From Antedon mediterranea (lineage: Eukaryota > Animalia > Echinodermata): 64,000 nucleotides of DNA. This document shows positions 1 to 12,145 of this stretch, piece by piece (positions within the stretch are counted from its first letter, which is position 1; every line of letters begins with the position of its first letter). The notes below the pieces were generated by a model. It did no database searches and was not told the origin of the DNA. It was given only the letters and a program-made list of their open reading frames with translations. The translations under genes and the position numbers were made by a program. Location of the stretch: the NCBI RefSeq assembly GCF_964355755.1, contig NC_092676.1, positions 3,263,888-3,327,887 of the forward strand, given 5' to 3'.

Positions 1-165
1 TTAAGGATACTGTAGTTATCGAACAGTTTAATTCATAGAAAAGTAATTGTATTACTAACCAGGTTTTATGATAGTTATCGCCGTAACCAGGTTTAATACT
101 ATAGTTATCATACTAACCAGGTTTAACGATTATTATCGTTCTAGCCAGTTTTAATGATAAGTGTA
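1..165. repeat. Degenerate ~31-bp intronic minisatellite
   Basis: Recurrent taaccaggtttaa..atagttatc units. Confidence 0.55.
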
Positions 166-173
166 ATACTAAC

Positions 174-3097
174 CCGGTTTAATTGAGCTCTGAATACTTC
201 CAGCAGTCGTCATTGCTATGCTAGCGTTACTCCATGTTTCTTGGTTGGGAGTTTTTAAGAAATCTGCTACCATAGCGTCTGTTATTAAGTTTCCATAACT
301 GCATTCTCTTACTTTACATGCGTCTGCTTCAAGCGTTACAAAACTTTGACCAATGACGTCTTCGCTGACTTCAGTTACCTTCTTCGCCCAGATACTAACT
401 TCTGACGCAATTGTGGGATCTGTGATGAAACATGCGTCAATGTAAACAAGTACTTTCCTTATGTTTCTATGCCACAAAATGAGTCAAATTTGGTACGACC
501 TTCATTCATGTGGAGTTTGTTGCTTTTTATGATATAATAATTGTATACTGAACGCGCGATTGATATTCTTTCTTTTTAAATACTAATAGCTAAAAATAAA
601 ACAACAACTTCTGCTTCACAAAACGTTTATTAAGAACTTACCAGGTTGAACAATGTGATCTAGCAAAATAGGATTGCCCGTGTACGCTTTTACGTCACCT
701 TCTTCTGAAAACGTCACATCCAGTCGACCAAGATATTTTCCGTAAGCGTACGCAGAGACGACTAGAACCGTCCTGGTGGTATCGTAATCAGGGCGCACGG
801 TTATTGGATAGACATCAAATGGTGTTTCGGAAGATGGTGGTGGTGAACCTGTAAAAGAATGACTGACAACCAGAAGATCCTGTGGATGGGTTTGATAGGA
901 ATGGTTACTTCAAAGCTCATCTTGGTATTATGATATGGGGCGCCATACGCAGCAAAGATGCTATGCTAAAATACAAGTGTAACATTAGAATTGAATAAAA
1001 TAACAATCAATTATACTGTATGTTTGAAGAAATTAGACGTGTGTTTAAAATTTACACATGTATTTAAGCATGATACTTTTGTTGCGTTTGGCGCCCCGTA
1101 GCAGATTGACCCGGCCGTTTATTAACCTGTGTAGAGAAACGTATTTGTATGTCCACCGATGACGACATCAAGTCCTGTAACTCGATTAGCTATATCCAGA
1201 TCTACTTCAATTCCCGAGTGCCCCACTGCCACTATTATGGTGACGTTACTGGCCAGCAGACGATTAACTTCACTTTGAACTGCGTCAACTTCATCCTCAA
1301 AAGTTAGTTTTCCTTAAAATTTTAGTGATAGTATATATTATTATTATTAGAGTTTCTGATATTTTGTTTCATTTTCTGCAAGGTTTATGTTTGGCAATAG
1401 GCCTACAAATAAAGAATGTTTACTTTTTAAGTTTGCAAAATACGAAAAAAAAACTTTGTTCAATCTATCTCGAACATTCTGCTCGAACAAATTAAAGACT
1501 TATGGACAAACAGAAAGTATAATCATTAAAGTATTGTTGTTTCTAAACTTCGTTTAAAAACAATAGTATGTATTATTATCATAACCTTTCATCATGATAA
1601 GTAATGCAGTTCTATTTATAGGCAGAGTATTTCCCGCCAAAATAATGTAGGCCTACAAGAATTTCTTCAGTATAAGTCTATGGCGAGCCTTCGAAGCCTT
1701 TAAAAATGAAGTGTTTTGGAACAATACATTATGCAAATTACTCATAGCAATAAAATATGTACACATAATCAATATATTACCTGTTTTACTGAAGTCGGGT
1801 GTGGTAGACAAGGTGTATCCAATTATCCCCATTTTAGTGCCTTCCACCAACAGAATAACACTTTTGCTGATCTTCTGTTGAAATTTGACTTCGTCATCGG
1901 CGTTTATGTTCGAACTGAGAATAGGGAATGTGACGTTTTCAAGGAATGGTAACAATCCGCTGATACCATCATCAAACTCATGATTACCCAAACTCTACGA
2001 AATGAATAACAACAGGTTTAATGATAAATTATCGGCATAACCAGATTAACAACAGTTATCGTACTAACTAGGAAGGGTAAAAAACCGCTGATACCATCAT
2101 CAAACTCATGATTACCAAAACTCTACGAAATGAATAACAACAGGTTTAACGATAAGTTATCGGCATAACCAGATTAACAACAGTTATCGTACTAACTAGG
2201 AAGGGTAACAAACCGTTGTTACCATCATCAAACTCATGATTACCCAAACTCTACGAAACGAATAACAACAGGTTTAAAGATAAGTTATTGGCATAACGAG
2301 ATTAACAACTAACTAACTAACAATTAACTACTTAGTTTAACAATACATTTAGACAGTTCTAGTTTGCTAAAAACAGAATTAGGCACCGTCCTGTGACATT
2401 CAAAATGTGACATTGTTTAGGATAAGGGGGATGGTAGGACACACAAAGGCTGGATTGCGAAGACTATAATGTTGATATTTAGTGTTTAAATAGACTAAAC
2501 AACTAAAAGCTATAAACAGGTCTACTTCTTTGATAGCTATATTGTATACAATAGCGTTTATATGTTTACTCAAAACAGTGCTGCACTCGGGACAGCCCGG
2601 ATACACAGTACGACACGAAAGATACGCATACAAATGAAACACGCGCAAACAGATTAACCCACCTTACCAAGATGATGAGACGCATAATATGGTTGAACAA
2701 TTTCTTGATTTAAAAAAAAATGCTTTAGTTTCCATGCATTATGAAACATTAAACATACCATGGCGTCGTACTGTAACATGTTCATGAAATGTGACGTAGC
2801 CAATCCTCTATATACGTAATACCACATAGTTCCTTGAAACTCGTCTCCAGCGTCTAGCAGTAACACGTTAGTTTCATTCTCACGTCGTATCTTTGAAACC
2901 ACAGTGGCGCGCCGAGCAATGCCGCCGAAACACATATCGTCTGCTGCCATTTCAGAAGTACACGTTGAACCAGTCAAACTTGCTTGTTCAATTCTTGTGT
3001 GAACGTCGTTCGTATGCAGGAACGTGATATTAACGGCAGTAGCTAACAAATTACAGGTTAAAAGTAAAACAATAACACAATATTGTGGTATATCCAT
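174..3097 (-). CDS. NT5E: Ecto-5'-nucleotidase (CD73-like), 5' part: exons 3097-2759, 1994-1781, 1312-1127, 848-642, 419-174; continues beyond window start
   Basis: Signal peptide (MDIPQYCVIVLLLTCNLLATA) followed by metallophosphatase motifs LHTNDVH, LLLDAGD, MSLGNHEFD, GHSG, GGHTNT, AYAYGKYLG, GNPILLD, RECSYGNLITDAM. All exons have GT/AG boundaries and the phases join in frame. Confidence 0.93.
1945..2310. repeat. Three ~128-bp tandem copies containing the NT5E exon-2 splice acceptor and exon start
   Basis: ccatcatcaaactcatgattacc..aactctacgaaa recurs at about 1966, 2094 and 2222. Confidence 0.85.
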
Positions 3098-3704
3098 GTT
3101 GACTAAAGTTTTGGAAAGGATCAGTCCAGAAGTCAACCAAACGTATTTCAAGTTAGCAGAACTAATTTCTCACTTTATGAAAGATAATGCACTATTAATG
3201 ACAGTACTTTCTGTACCCTACCAGATTATAATGTTTACACAGGCCTAACTCAAGTGAGACGGTGTTATCATATTGTTTTCTATAGATAAATTGGTTGATT
3301 TACTTTGACTGAGGGTGGATATAAGTTCCTTTTTTATTGTGTATTCCCTACTACAAGGCAAAGAATAAAGTGGTCAAATAAAACAATAAAACAAGAAAAT
3401 GGTATATTTAATTTGGTAAAATCTCAGCCAGTTTCTGATGAAGTATAATTGATTGCAATATTCAATGATGATTTGTGTTGTTTCAATGACTTCAGACCGG
3501 ACATGTAGTTACAATAAGTGTGAATAAGTACACGCTTGAATAAGATCAAGTGATCGAGTGACGTCTACTTGAAACTAACGATGCCCAATCAATATATCCG
3601 ACGTACAATGCTCGTGCTTGTTACGTAAAATGTTGATTTTAATAAGGAAACAAAATTAAACTGATCTACAGTTGGAACTCAACCATCGCAAGAAGCTGTA
3701 GATA

Positions 3705-5302
3705 ATGGATAACACTCGCCTGCTTGGCCTGGTTATATTGTATAGTATTTTCTTCTGCTGTTCTGCACAATCTTATACTTTTACAAAACATCCGCAATCG
3801 GTTCTCATTGCGGAAGGACAAACAGCAACGTTGTCGTGTGAATGGACACCAGAATTAAAGGAAAAACATGCCGTTTTGTGGTCAGCATTCCTTCATGTTG
3901 GTGAGATGCAAGCAATTGCAAGGTCAACTTTAAAGTACAATTTAACAACTAAAGCGACATCTTCATATCTTTCCATTTTCAATGTTGGTTACAACGATGT
4001 AGGAAACTACAGGTGTGATATCTTCGATGATGATTTACACACTTCTGAACTTGCTTTTCTAGGAAACATTACGTGCGATCCGGAAAATGATAATGGTGAG
4101 ATTGGAACAACGCTGACATGTTCTTATCTTCTTTATTATTATTCACGTGATATCGATTTAGTATGGTATAAAGAGGGAAATTTAATTGAATCAAGATCTT
4201 TGACTACCGAAGACGATGGATGGATGTATTTACTTGTAAAGCTATACTCGAAAATCAAGTGATAGGAACTTGTGAAACTACTCCGCTAATATTGACTATA
4301 GATGCAGAGATCGAACAATCACCGCCAGGTCCACTTCATGTTGGTGATAGCTTTAATCTTACCTGCTCAGGGAAAGGTAATCCTGATTTTTATGAATATG
4401 AATGGACCTGGAATGACAAACCGGTAGAAACAAATAGAAAAGAAAGATTCGCAATTGGTAATGTTCTTGTAGTAAAAGGTGTATACAGAAATGCTAATAA
4501 CAAACAAGTTACTTGTACTATTAGTCGTAGTGGTCGCAACAGCAGAGTAGTGAACTATACAGTTAACATTTCAGAACATATATCAAAACCAAATTCAAAC
4601 ACAGGAAACACCATGACGACTAAACCAATCTTATTAACATCAGACAGTGAACAGGTTATGCTAGACAAGTTTACAAGAGTGCTTATTGTAATTGGCGTAG
4701 TTACAATATCAGCTCTTGTGCTGTTGACAACTGTAATTATATTCGTATGCAAAATGAGAAATAGAAATCATCACAAAGACAAGAGAAACATCGTGAGCTT
4801 ACCAGTAAAACAAGAGTATGACATTGAACGAAGCACGACAAACAGTAGGCCTATAAAAGAAAGCTTGAACACAGATGTAAATGCTTATGTTAAGCCCAGA
4901 ACGTCAAATTCAAAAGCACAAGATACTTCGCAGACTATGGGGAATCAACATGCACTGTCAAGACAAGACCGAATAGAAAACACTGATGAGTATTATGATG
5001 TGGAATCAGCAGATATTCATCACGGTGAACTATCTACATCAGACAGTGATAATGAATATGACTATGTCGACACATCAGAAATCAATGTCAACGTCAATGC
5101 ACAATACATCACGAGAATGGCAGCTTCTGATAACACGATTATCAAATACGAAAATATCAAACGTTTTCCACGCGTGAGGGATGAAATGACCATCACAGTT
5201 AAACGTGCGGAAGATGTCGCAGGCAGAATTGAACTACCCGATACCAACGTGTACGAAAATGTACCAGTAGGCAAAAAACCAGTAAAGTTTACTTTGAACT
5301 AA
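3705..5302 (+). CDS. IgSF receptor A: signal peptide, 3 Ig domains, TM and long Tyr-rich tail; net +2 frameshift at ~4221 (pseudogene, truncated product or sequence error)
   Basis: ORFs 3705-4262 and 4220-5302 join into a paralog-like protein. Motifs ATLSCEW, DVGNYRC, FNLTC..W..VTCTI; TM VLIVIGVVTISALVLLTTVIIFVC. Here gatggaTGgatgtattt versus paralog gatggagctgtattt. Confidence 0.85.
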
Positions 5303-5380
5303 GAAGCAAAGATCCTCTACTGTAAATTACTGCATATGTTAACAAATGTTTACTATGGCTACTGCGAGTTAAGATGTTAT

Positions 5381-5659
5381 AACAAGTCTATAACAAACAC
5401 CACTGTCCCCTTGGGAATTTTTTTAAATCTTTCAAATAATTTTAGAGGAATAATGATTAAATATTAAATCTTATCTTAATATCTGTTAAACCTAGTGTGA
5501 ACAAAAAAGAAGTGTGATTTGCCCAAATATGGTTAGTGATATACCCAAATATGGTCAGTGATATGACATCATCATGTCCATGGGTACATAACATTGTTGT
5601 CACATACAGTCTGATACTGTCGACAGGGCTTTAGCATAGCATACAGTACACGACTTGTT
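5381..5659. mobile_element. Possible non-autonomous Helentron-like element
   Basis: Inverted ends AACAAGTC / GACTTGTT in T-rich context; internal short tandem cccaaatatgg..agtgatat. Confidence 0.3.
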
Positions 5660-5888
5660 TGTTGTTTAACTCTACAGCTTTTACGCTTTCTGTGACTTAG
5701 AATTAGGACATTTTCTTTTGTATCTACAAAATGACTTCAAATGTACCATTGTCTCCAAGTGGATCTTGTTTAAATCTTATCAAGTTACAGGAATAATAAG
5801 TTCATGAAAATTTAACTTTTCATATTTTGTAAACCATAAGTTATGCAAATGTACATGATTTTTTAGATTGTACCTACTGAATTGTTTA

Positions 5889-5950
5889 CTTTTATACAAT
5901 CATAATTTTTAACTTTTATACAATCATAATTTTTAACTTTTATACAATCA
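5889..5950. repeat. 24-bp tandem repeat, about 2.5 copies
   Basis: cttttatacaatcataatttttaa repeated. Confidence 0.8.
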
Positions 5951-6791
5951 GAATGTTCAGATAGCAATTATATTTTTAGAAAACTTTGATTAACATTTTA
6001 TTATAGAATATTTTTCTATGTATGTTTTCTATATATTTTTTTATAATCTCGGTTTTATTGTATTGTCCTAGTTGACAGGGGCTGGTTAAGCACATCACAA
6101 GAAGACAGTTTTATTACTTTTGCTTTTCCGCTACACTCCCCTGTTATACTACCTGTTTTTTTTTGGTTACGTAGAAAGATTGAAAATTTACCTATAAATA
6201 AATAAATAACTTAAATATTATATATTGTCTTCGTATCATTACATACATGATGATGTAACAACTATAATTGTTTGTTGTTTAAGGAAGAAAACTGAAATAG
6301 ATTATTAGTACTACGTACTATTAACGTTAACGAGAATAAGTAGTGGTAGTGGCATATGAATAATAGGAAATACTTAAAGATATTGAAGTCGTACCAGGAA
6401 CAAGGAAAGAAAAATCGCTCACTACTACAAAAACAAAATATGAGGTACATTTTGATTATCAAAATAGTACTTAAATAATGACGTTCTAAAATATCGATTC
6501 TATACTATATTCTATAATAATTAATTAATTTATTTATTAAAACATATTTAGGTAGGATAACATAATTCAGAAAAGGAAAGATCACAAAATTTCAGATTTT
6601 CAATATGGTCCTAAATAATTAGTAATTATTACATTCATGTTCACAATTTGAGTAGGTTTATAATTTGTTTATAGTGAATGAATACATAGTACAGTATTAT
6701 AATTGAATTGAAATTGAATTGAATTGAAATATTGTATTTATACTGGTCTCTCAGAGGGCCCAGTTATGATCAGTGGATGTGATGTACTAGT

Positions 6792-9700
6792 CAGGGTTCG
6801 TACACCTGTGAGCTAGTAAAATTCCAGGACATTTCAAGGACATTCAATGTCAACATTTTAAAATTTCAAGGACATTATTATACCTAAATATTAAGTTCAA
6901 CAGATTAATGAAAAAAATGAATTCGTAGTTACGATGTTTTTCAGAAATTCAAGTACTAACTGTAGCCACTAAAAAAACATACAGTACTGAAAACATAGGC
7001 GTGGGAAATCGAGTAAAATGACACGTAACGGTAGTAAAGCGTAAAGAGTTGTAACAACTCCCTGGTAAAGCCTTTGTGGAACCGCGCCAGACTTCCGCGC
7101 CTATCGAGGGTAGTCACGGCGTGTTTCCATAGTCACTGCACTGTCGACGATATTTGGTAATTTGATACTACTATAGGATGACGTTCTACAATTCGTTCGG
7201 AATTCGGAGTTTAAATGCCGTTTCTGTATATCGTATGTTTTTTTTAGAAGGTATAAATAAAAGAAATCAAACCATATTCTAATTCACTCTGAACTTTATT
7301 CAAAACGATCATAAACACATGAGATTTTTACATTGTTTATTTTTTACAACTTAGCAATTTCTGCTAATTTAATCTACACAATAGCCTAGCTATTTTTGAT
7401 TTCCTCTAATTTATGTCTAATGTCTTCCTCTAGTTGAGCTAATTGCTCTTTTTTTTCAGAAGCGGTTCTACGCAAGCTATTAGCTTTGGCAATGAGGGTA
7501 AGACTACCTTTACTTTCAGCTTGATCGGAAAACTTTGCAGACGATTTTTCTAAACCCATAATATCAGCAATACATCTTTTTTTGGCTCTCTTTAAGTTAT
7601 CTAACTCATCGATCGTCGATTTTCTCTTAATAGCCTTTGAAGATTCTGCCGCTTTACGTTTTTCATTATCAAGATGGAGATTATAGCGTTGCCTAGCCCC
7701 ACTCACAGAAGTAATTAATTGGGGCGTTATCTTTACAGACAAAACACCACCAACTGAAGCTATGTGACCGCATACAACGCGCTTCGAAACATATGTACTC
7801 TCTGACATATTGACAGCCGCTACCTCCTTGTTTACACTAAAACCTCTCTCAACAGTCGCCTGGCCATGGGAAAGCATTAGAATCAATTTTACTACCCCCC
7901 CCCCCCAGAATGCGTGATACTTAGTGGTTTTGCTAAGGCGGTCATAGTAAAATTCGTCAATTCTACATTTAGGATCGTATTCAGTGAAATCTGATAAATT
8001 ATTTAACACAACAAAATCATAGAATTTGTTTGCCTGATTAACAATTTCATCACACATGTCATGGTTGATTTTTTGGTTGTCTGCTAATATTTTTAATACA
8101 GCCTTTAGTCTACCAACATTAAGAGATCGCGCATTACCACTTAAACAAAAATTTCTTGGATCGAGAAATTTCGCTTTTTGAACGATTCTGAAACCAAGTG
8201 GGCATTTAGATAGCACTTTCTTAACAATTGTAAGAACCATGGTCTTGCACTCATTTTTAAACGTGAGTTCTTGTAACTCGGACACCTTCTTTTTCTTCAT
8301 CAACTCCTTTATATGCTCTGAAGCTAATATTCCACAGTCTACTTTGTTAGCAAGTAAATGGTTTTACGTTTCATCTATATTAAAGTTAGTGAAACTTTGG
8401 CCATTCACGAGCCCGGAAAGGACGTCTGGTTTAATGACCAATCTCAATAGCCCTCTCAAACATGCCACTAGATCTTTCTCAAGAAACGGTATCATTGGTT
8501 GATCTGTTTGATATTTTTTAAGAAACGTTTCCATTTGTGTGGCCACCATCACAAAAAAGTGCATTCTGGGCACCGTAAATAAGTCTACTGAAGCAGCCTT
8601 CAGAGTGTCATACGACTTTGTTTTTGGGTCATTTATTTTCTTTTCGGTCACCTGCTTGATGTACGTTTTAAGGTGCGGAAAAACACTGAGAAACCGCTTC
8701 GCAACTGCAGCATTCTCCACCCATCTGTGTTTACAAAACTTAAGGCCAAACACATGTGTGCCAGTAGCGTTCTCAAAATCTTCCAGACGAGCAGGGGTGT
8801 CTTTGAACAGTATTTGTAAACTAGACAGTATGTCGTAGACCTTCCAATCAATTGACTGCACACCACTTTGAAACCCATTGTGCATACATGAAGGCCACAC
8901 GACCCAATGTTGAGAACTGATGTATTGTAATTCGTCTTTATATCGGCAGAGAGAAGTTTATAAAACTTCCAATTGACGTTTGGACCATCCATACCGATTT
9001 GAAGTAATTTTGCGAGATTTAGTTTGTCTGCACATATCCTAAAATCGGTGACGACTTTCTCAGCAGTAGCATGACCCATGAATGTACTATCAAAGAATCT
9101 AGTTTCCACGTGGTTGTTAGCCCAAAATCGGACATGGATATCCATTTGCTTTAGTTGTGTACCTTTGTTTAGACTTTCATCAAATAGTAGAACGTAATCT
9201 GACTCATCCGTAACACGTTTCAGAAGTAATGACCTAAAATGAAAAAACTTAGACTAAAAACATTTGTTTTTCATACTCACCAGGCTATTACTCAATACAG
9301 AAATGCCTATTACAATTATTTATTTAATCTAAATTGTAGGCCTATATCAATCGATATCAAACAAAACTTACCTAAAATATGGCGCTAACCCATAATTAAC
9401 AACATAAGCAGACTTTTTTTCACCACAACTAAATTTTGCAGCTATTCCACTATCTCGAAACATCGCCTGGAATACTTCATTTATTTCATCCATCGACTTG
9501 TTCGAATAGTGCCGGTTAGTCATGAATAAGGCCCACAATATTTCTGCTTTACGAATCTCCTCACTACTACTGAAATACTGCATCGTCGCCGGGCCACTTG
9601 GGTTCGTACGTTTCGGTATACTATTATCAACACTAGTTCCTGGTATGTCTTGTTGTTCAATAATACTGGTGATGGTACTATTAGATTTACTGGTGGATGT

Positions 9701-10571
9701 TGTTGGGTTGGACTTACTAAAAAATTGATTAACTTCTTGCGTCGTATTGTTAAACCTCAACTCCATTTGTTGTTTATGCTTTTTTCCGTTTTGATGAGAT
9801 ATTAACGCCGACCGTCCCATGTTGGAGATATCGAATGTTTTTCTACATAGTTTACACTTTGCCTCCGTTTTTATTGACGCACGGTTAATCCACGGGGAAA
9901 ATTTGCTATCAAAAAGCCAGGACTCTTGAAAAAAGCATGTACGCGGCATGTTGGATAGATTTCCACTGACGAGAAAAGCACGATAAAAAACTCATCGGCA
10001 GCCATATAGAGACCGCTAATATACGCGCTTGCGGTGTGAGAGAATAGAATGCGAGTATAGTCACTAATTAAAGTGTAATGCTAAAATGCTATGCATGTTT
10101 GCAATATTACATTCGTTAAATTAATGTTTAAACAAAATCGGAACACAAAAAGGGCCAAGTATTTATTTCAATAGTAATAGCTATTATGCAATAATGTACT
10201 GTGGGGGAACAAAAGAATAGTTGGGCAAAGTTTTTTCAAGGTGATTGTCATCTGAACATCACTGGCCAGTGGCGTTCTGCAGTCAACAACCAACCTGATA
10301 AGAAAGCCTATTTCATGTACGAGCATTTATCGGCGGCGGAAAAGTCGGCACGTACAAACGTTGTTATCTTCCATGTACTTTCATACTTAATACTTTTATT
10401 GTTCAGTGTTTTCAAAACTTTATTAAAAAGAATTCATATAACTTTATTGTATTTTAACAATTTTCAGGACATTCAAGGACAAATGCCAATTTCAAGGACT
10501 TTCCAGTACTTGAAAAAAGAGATTTATTTTTCCATGACTTTCAAGGAATTTAAGGACGCGTACGAACCCTG
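6792..10571 (-). mobile_element. Full-length hAT-like DNA transposon with 12-bp TIR CAGGGTTCGTAC and 6-bp TSD ACTAGT
   Basis: TIRs at 6792-6803 and 10560-10571; ACTAGT at 6786-6791 and 10572-10577; subterminal TTC(C/A)AGGAC repeats at both ends; internal transposase. Confidence 0.9.
7386..9949 (-). pseudogene. Disrupted hAT-type transposase: exon 1 9949-9372, exon 2 9233-7386
   Basis: N-terminal zinc finger CKLC..H..KKH; FDES, MDGPNVN, GSCGLH, HRW and HGQATVERGFS motifs; 1-nt frameshift at ~8886 and in-frame TAA at 8366-8364. Confidence 0.85.
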
Positions 10572-11199
10572 ACTAGTACACCGGGGTGAACCGGGGTGAA
10601 TCCCCCCCTCCCTCATCCAGTCGTCTCGAAAGATGTACTTACCATAGGTTCTTTATAGTGCATACGAGCTAGATGTGTACACTGGACCTACAGTTTATAG
10701 TCCTTATCCGAGAAGACTCGTTCTACCACCAGAACTAGGAGCGAGTGAGCCTCAAACCTCCGTCGATGTTGATAAAAACAGCAACCCAAAGATAAATTCT
10801 TAATCATTATTCAATTGGTTGTTATTGATTATGTATTAATTGCCATTGATCATATTTTAAGTTAATCTTGTAAGGGTTTTTCAAAATACTGCAGTTTTGT
10901 ATTTTTTGTTTATTGGTTGAAGAAGGAGGAAAGATGACAAGATTATATAGACTACAGAGCTAGCTATAAATTAGAATTTCAGCTTGGTGCGGAATTAAGC
11001 GAACACCAACCGAGGAGGCACAGGGCTATTTTAAATCTAGGACATCGGAGAAATAACAAGATTCACAATGTTCTTGTAAATAGGTCTTTGCATAAAAGAA
11101 CGACAACAGAGGCCTAGAAAAATGCAATAAACAAAAACATATTAATTGATTTGTTGTTTTCAATGTACAATCGATTAATTACAAATACGCGTATCATAC

Positions 11200-11296
11200 T
11201 AGAACAAAAGTACGCCATCTAGAAGAAAAAACGCGTCATATAGAAGAAAAAACGCGTCATATAGAAGAAAAAACGCGTCATATAGAAGAAAAAACA
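11200..11296. repeat. 21-bp tandem repeat, about 4 copies
   Basis: tagaagaaaaaacgcgtcata repeated. Confidence 0.85.
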
Positions 11297-12145
11297 TGAA
11301 TTGCAAATGTACAATTCCAAAAAAAATACGATACAGGTTTTCAATCAATTGACTTAAGTTATTTTTAAAATCAATTAAATTTACCATTAACGAAAATAAG
11401 GAAGGGTTGGAAGTATGAACAATGATTATATTTAATTAAGTTTCTCTTTTGTATATTTTGATTAAGACAGGACCACAATGTAAAACAGATACACTGTTAT
11501 CTGATTGTTTTATCCTGTATAAATATATTTATTATTATTATTATTATTATTATTACCAGGAATGAGGAAATTCTAAATTTAATTGATTGTTAAATGTATA
11601 AACTTTGTCAAAGATCCAACATTAACTAATTCGACAGAGGGAAAATTAGTGTACTGTATAACCGACGAATATTTCCAATTAAATTCAGTGAGAAGGAAAT
11701 CATTAACAAATCGGGTGAACGAAATATATAATGACGAATGTATGTCATTTATCAGAGCTTGTTACTAAGAAAAATGCCTACCACGAAAACCACATTAAAA
11801 AAAAGGCGTGGTCTATTAGGCCTACGTACGATGCTATTTTACTGCCGCAGTAGATATTTCCCCGGTTTTACCTTTTACGGTATAAAATAATGGAATATTA
11901 CATTAACTTTAAGATACGCAGTTATTTCTGTATAATATTATACATGACGTACTGGTTTGATGTTTTTTTTTCTACAGTTAGGTCTACATGAATCAGATCA
12001 AGTGCTTACCCTTTAGTACCACCGAAATCGTTGTTTCGTCAGAATTTACTAAACTATTTTGTAGGATTTTGTTTCTATTTTGATCAGAAAATTATTTTTA
12101 TTTAATCTGAAACATTTATTCAGAACTTTACCTACAAGTTGTATA

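Larger units (their letters stand above)
6701..10762 (-). mobile_element. Deu-domain SINE (6701-6791 plus 10572-10762), split by the hAT insertion
   Basis: Minus strand reads a B-box-like GGTTTGAGGC, then GTCTTCTCGGATAAGGACTATAAACTGTAGGTCC..TAAAGAACC..ACCCCGGTGT (resembles the Deu/AmnSINE domain as recalled), then a (TTCAA)n tail. Confidence 0.65.

Noticed and set aside
3425-3470. CTGATGAAG possible hammerhead
   Set aside because: No stem II closure or GAAA core
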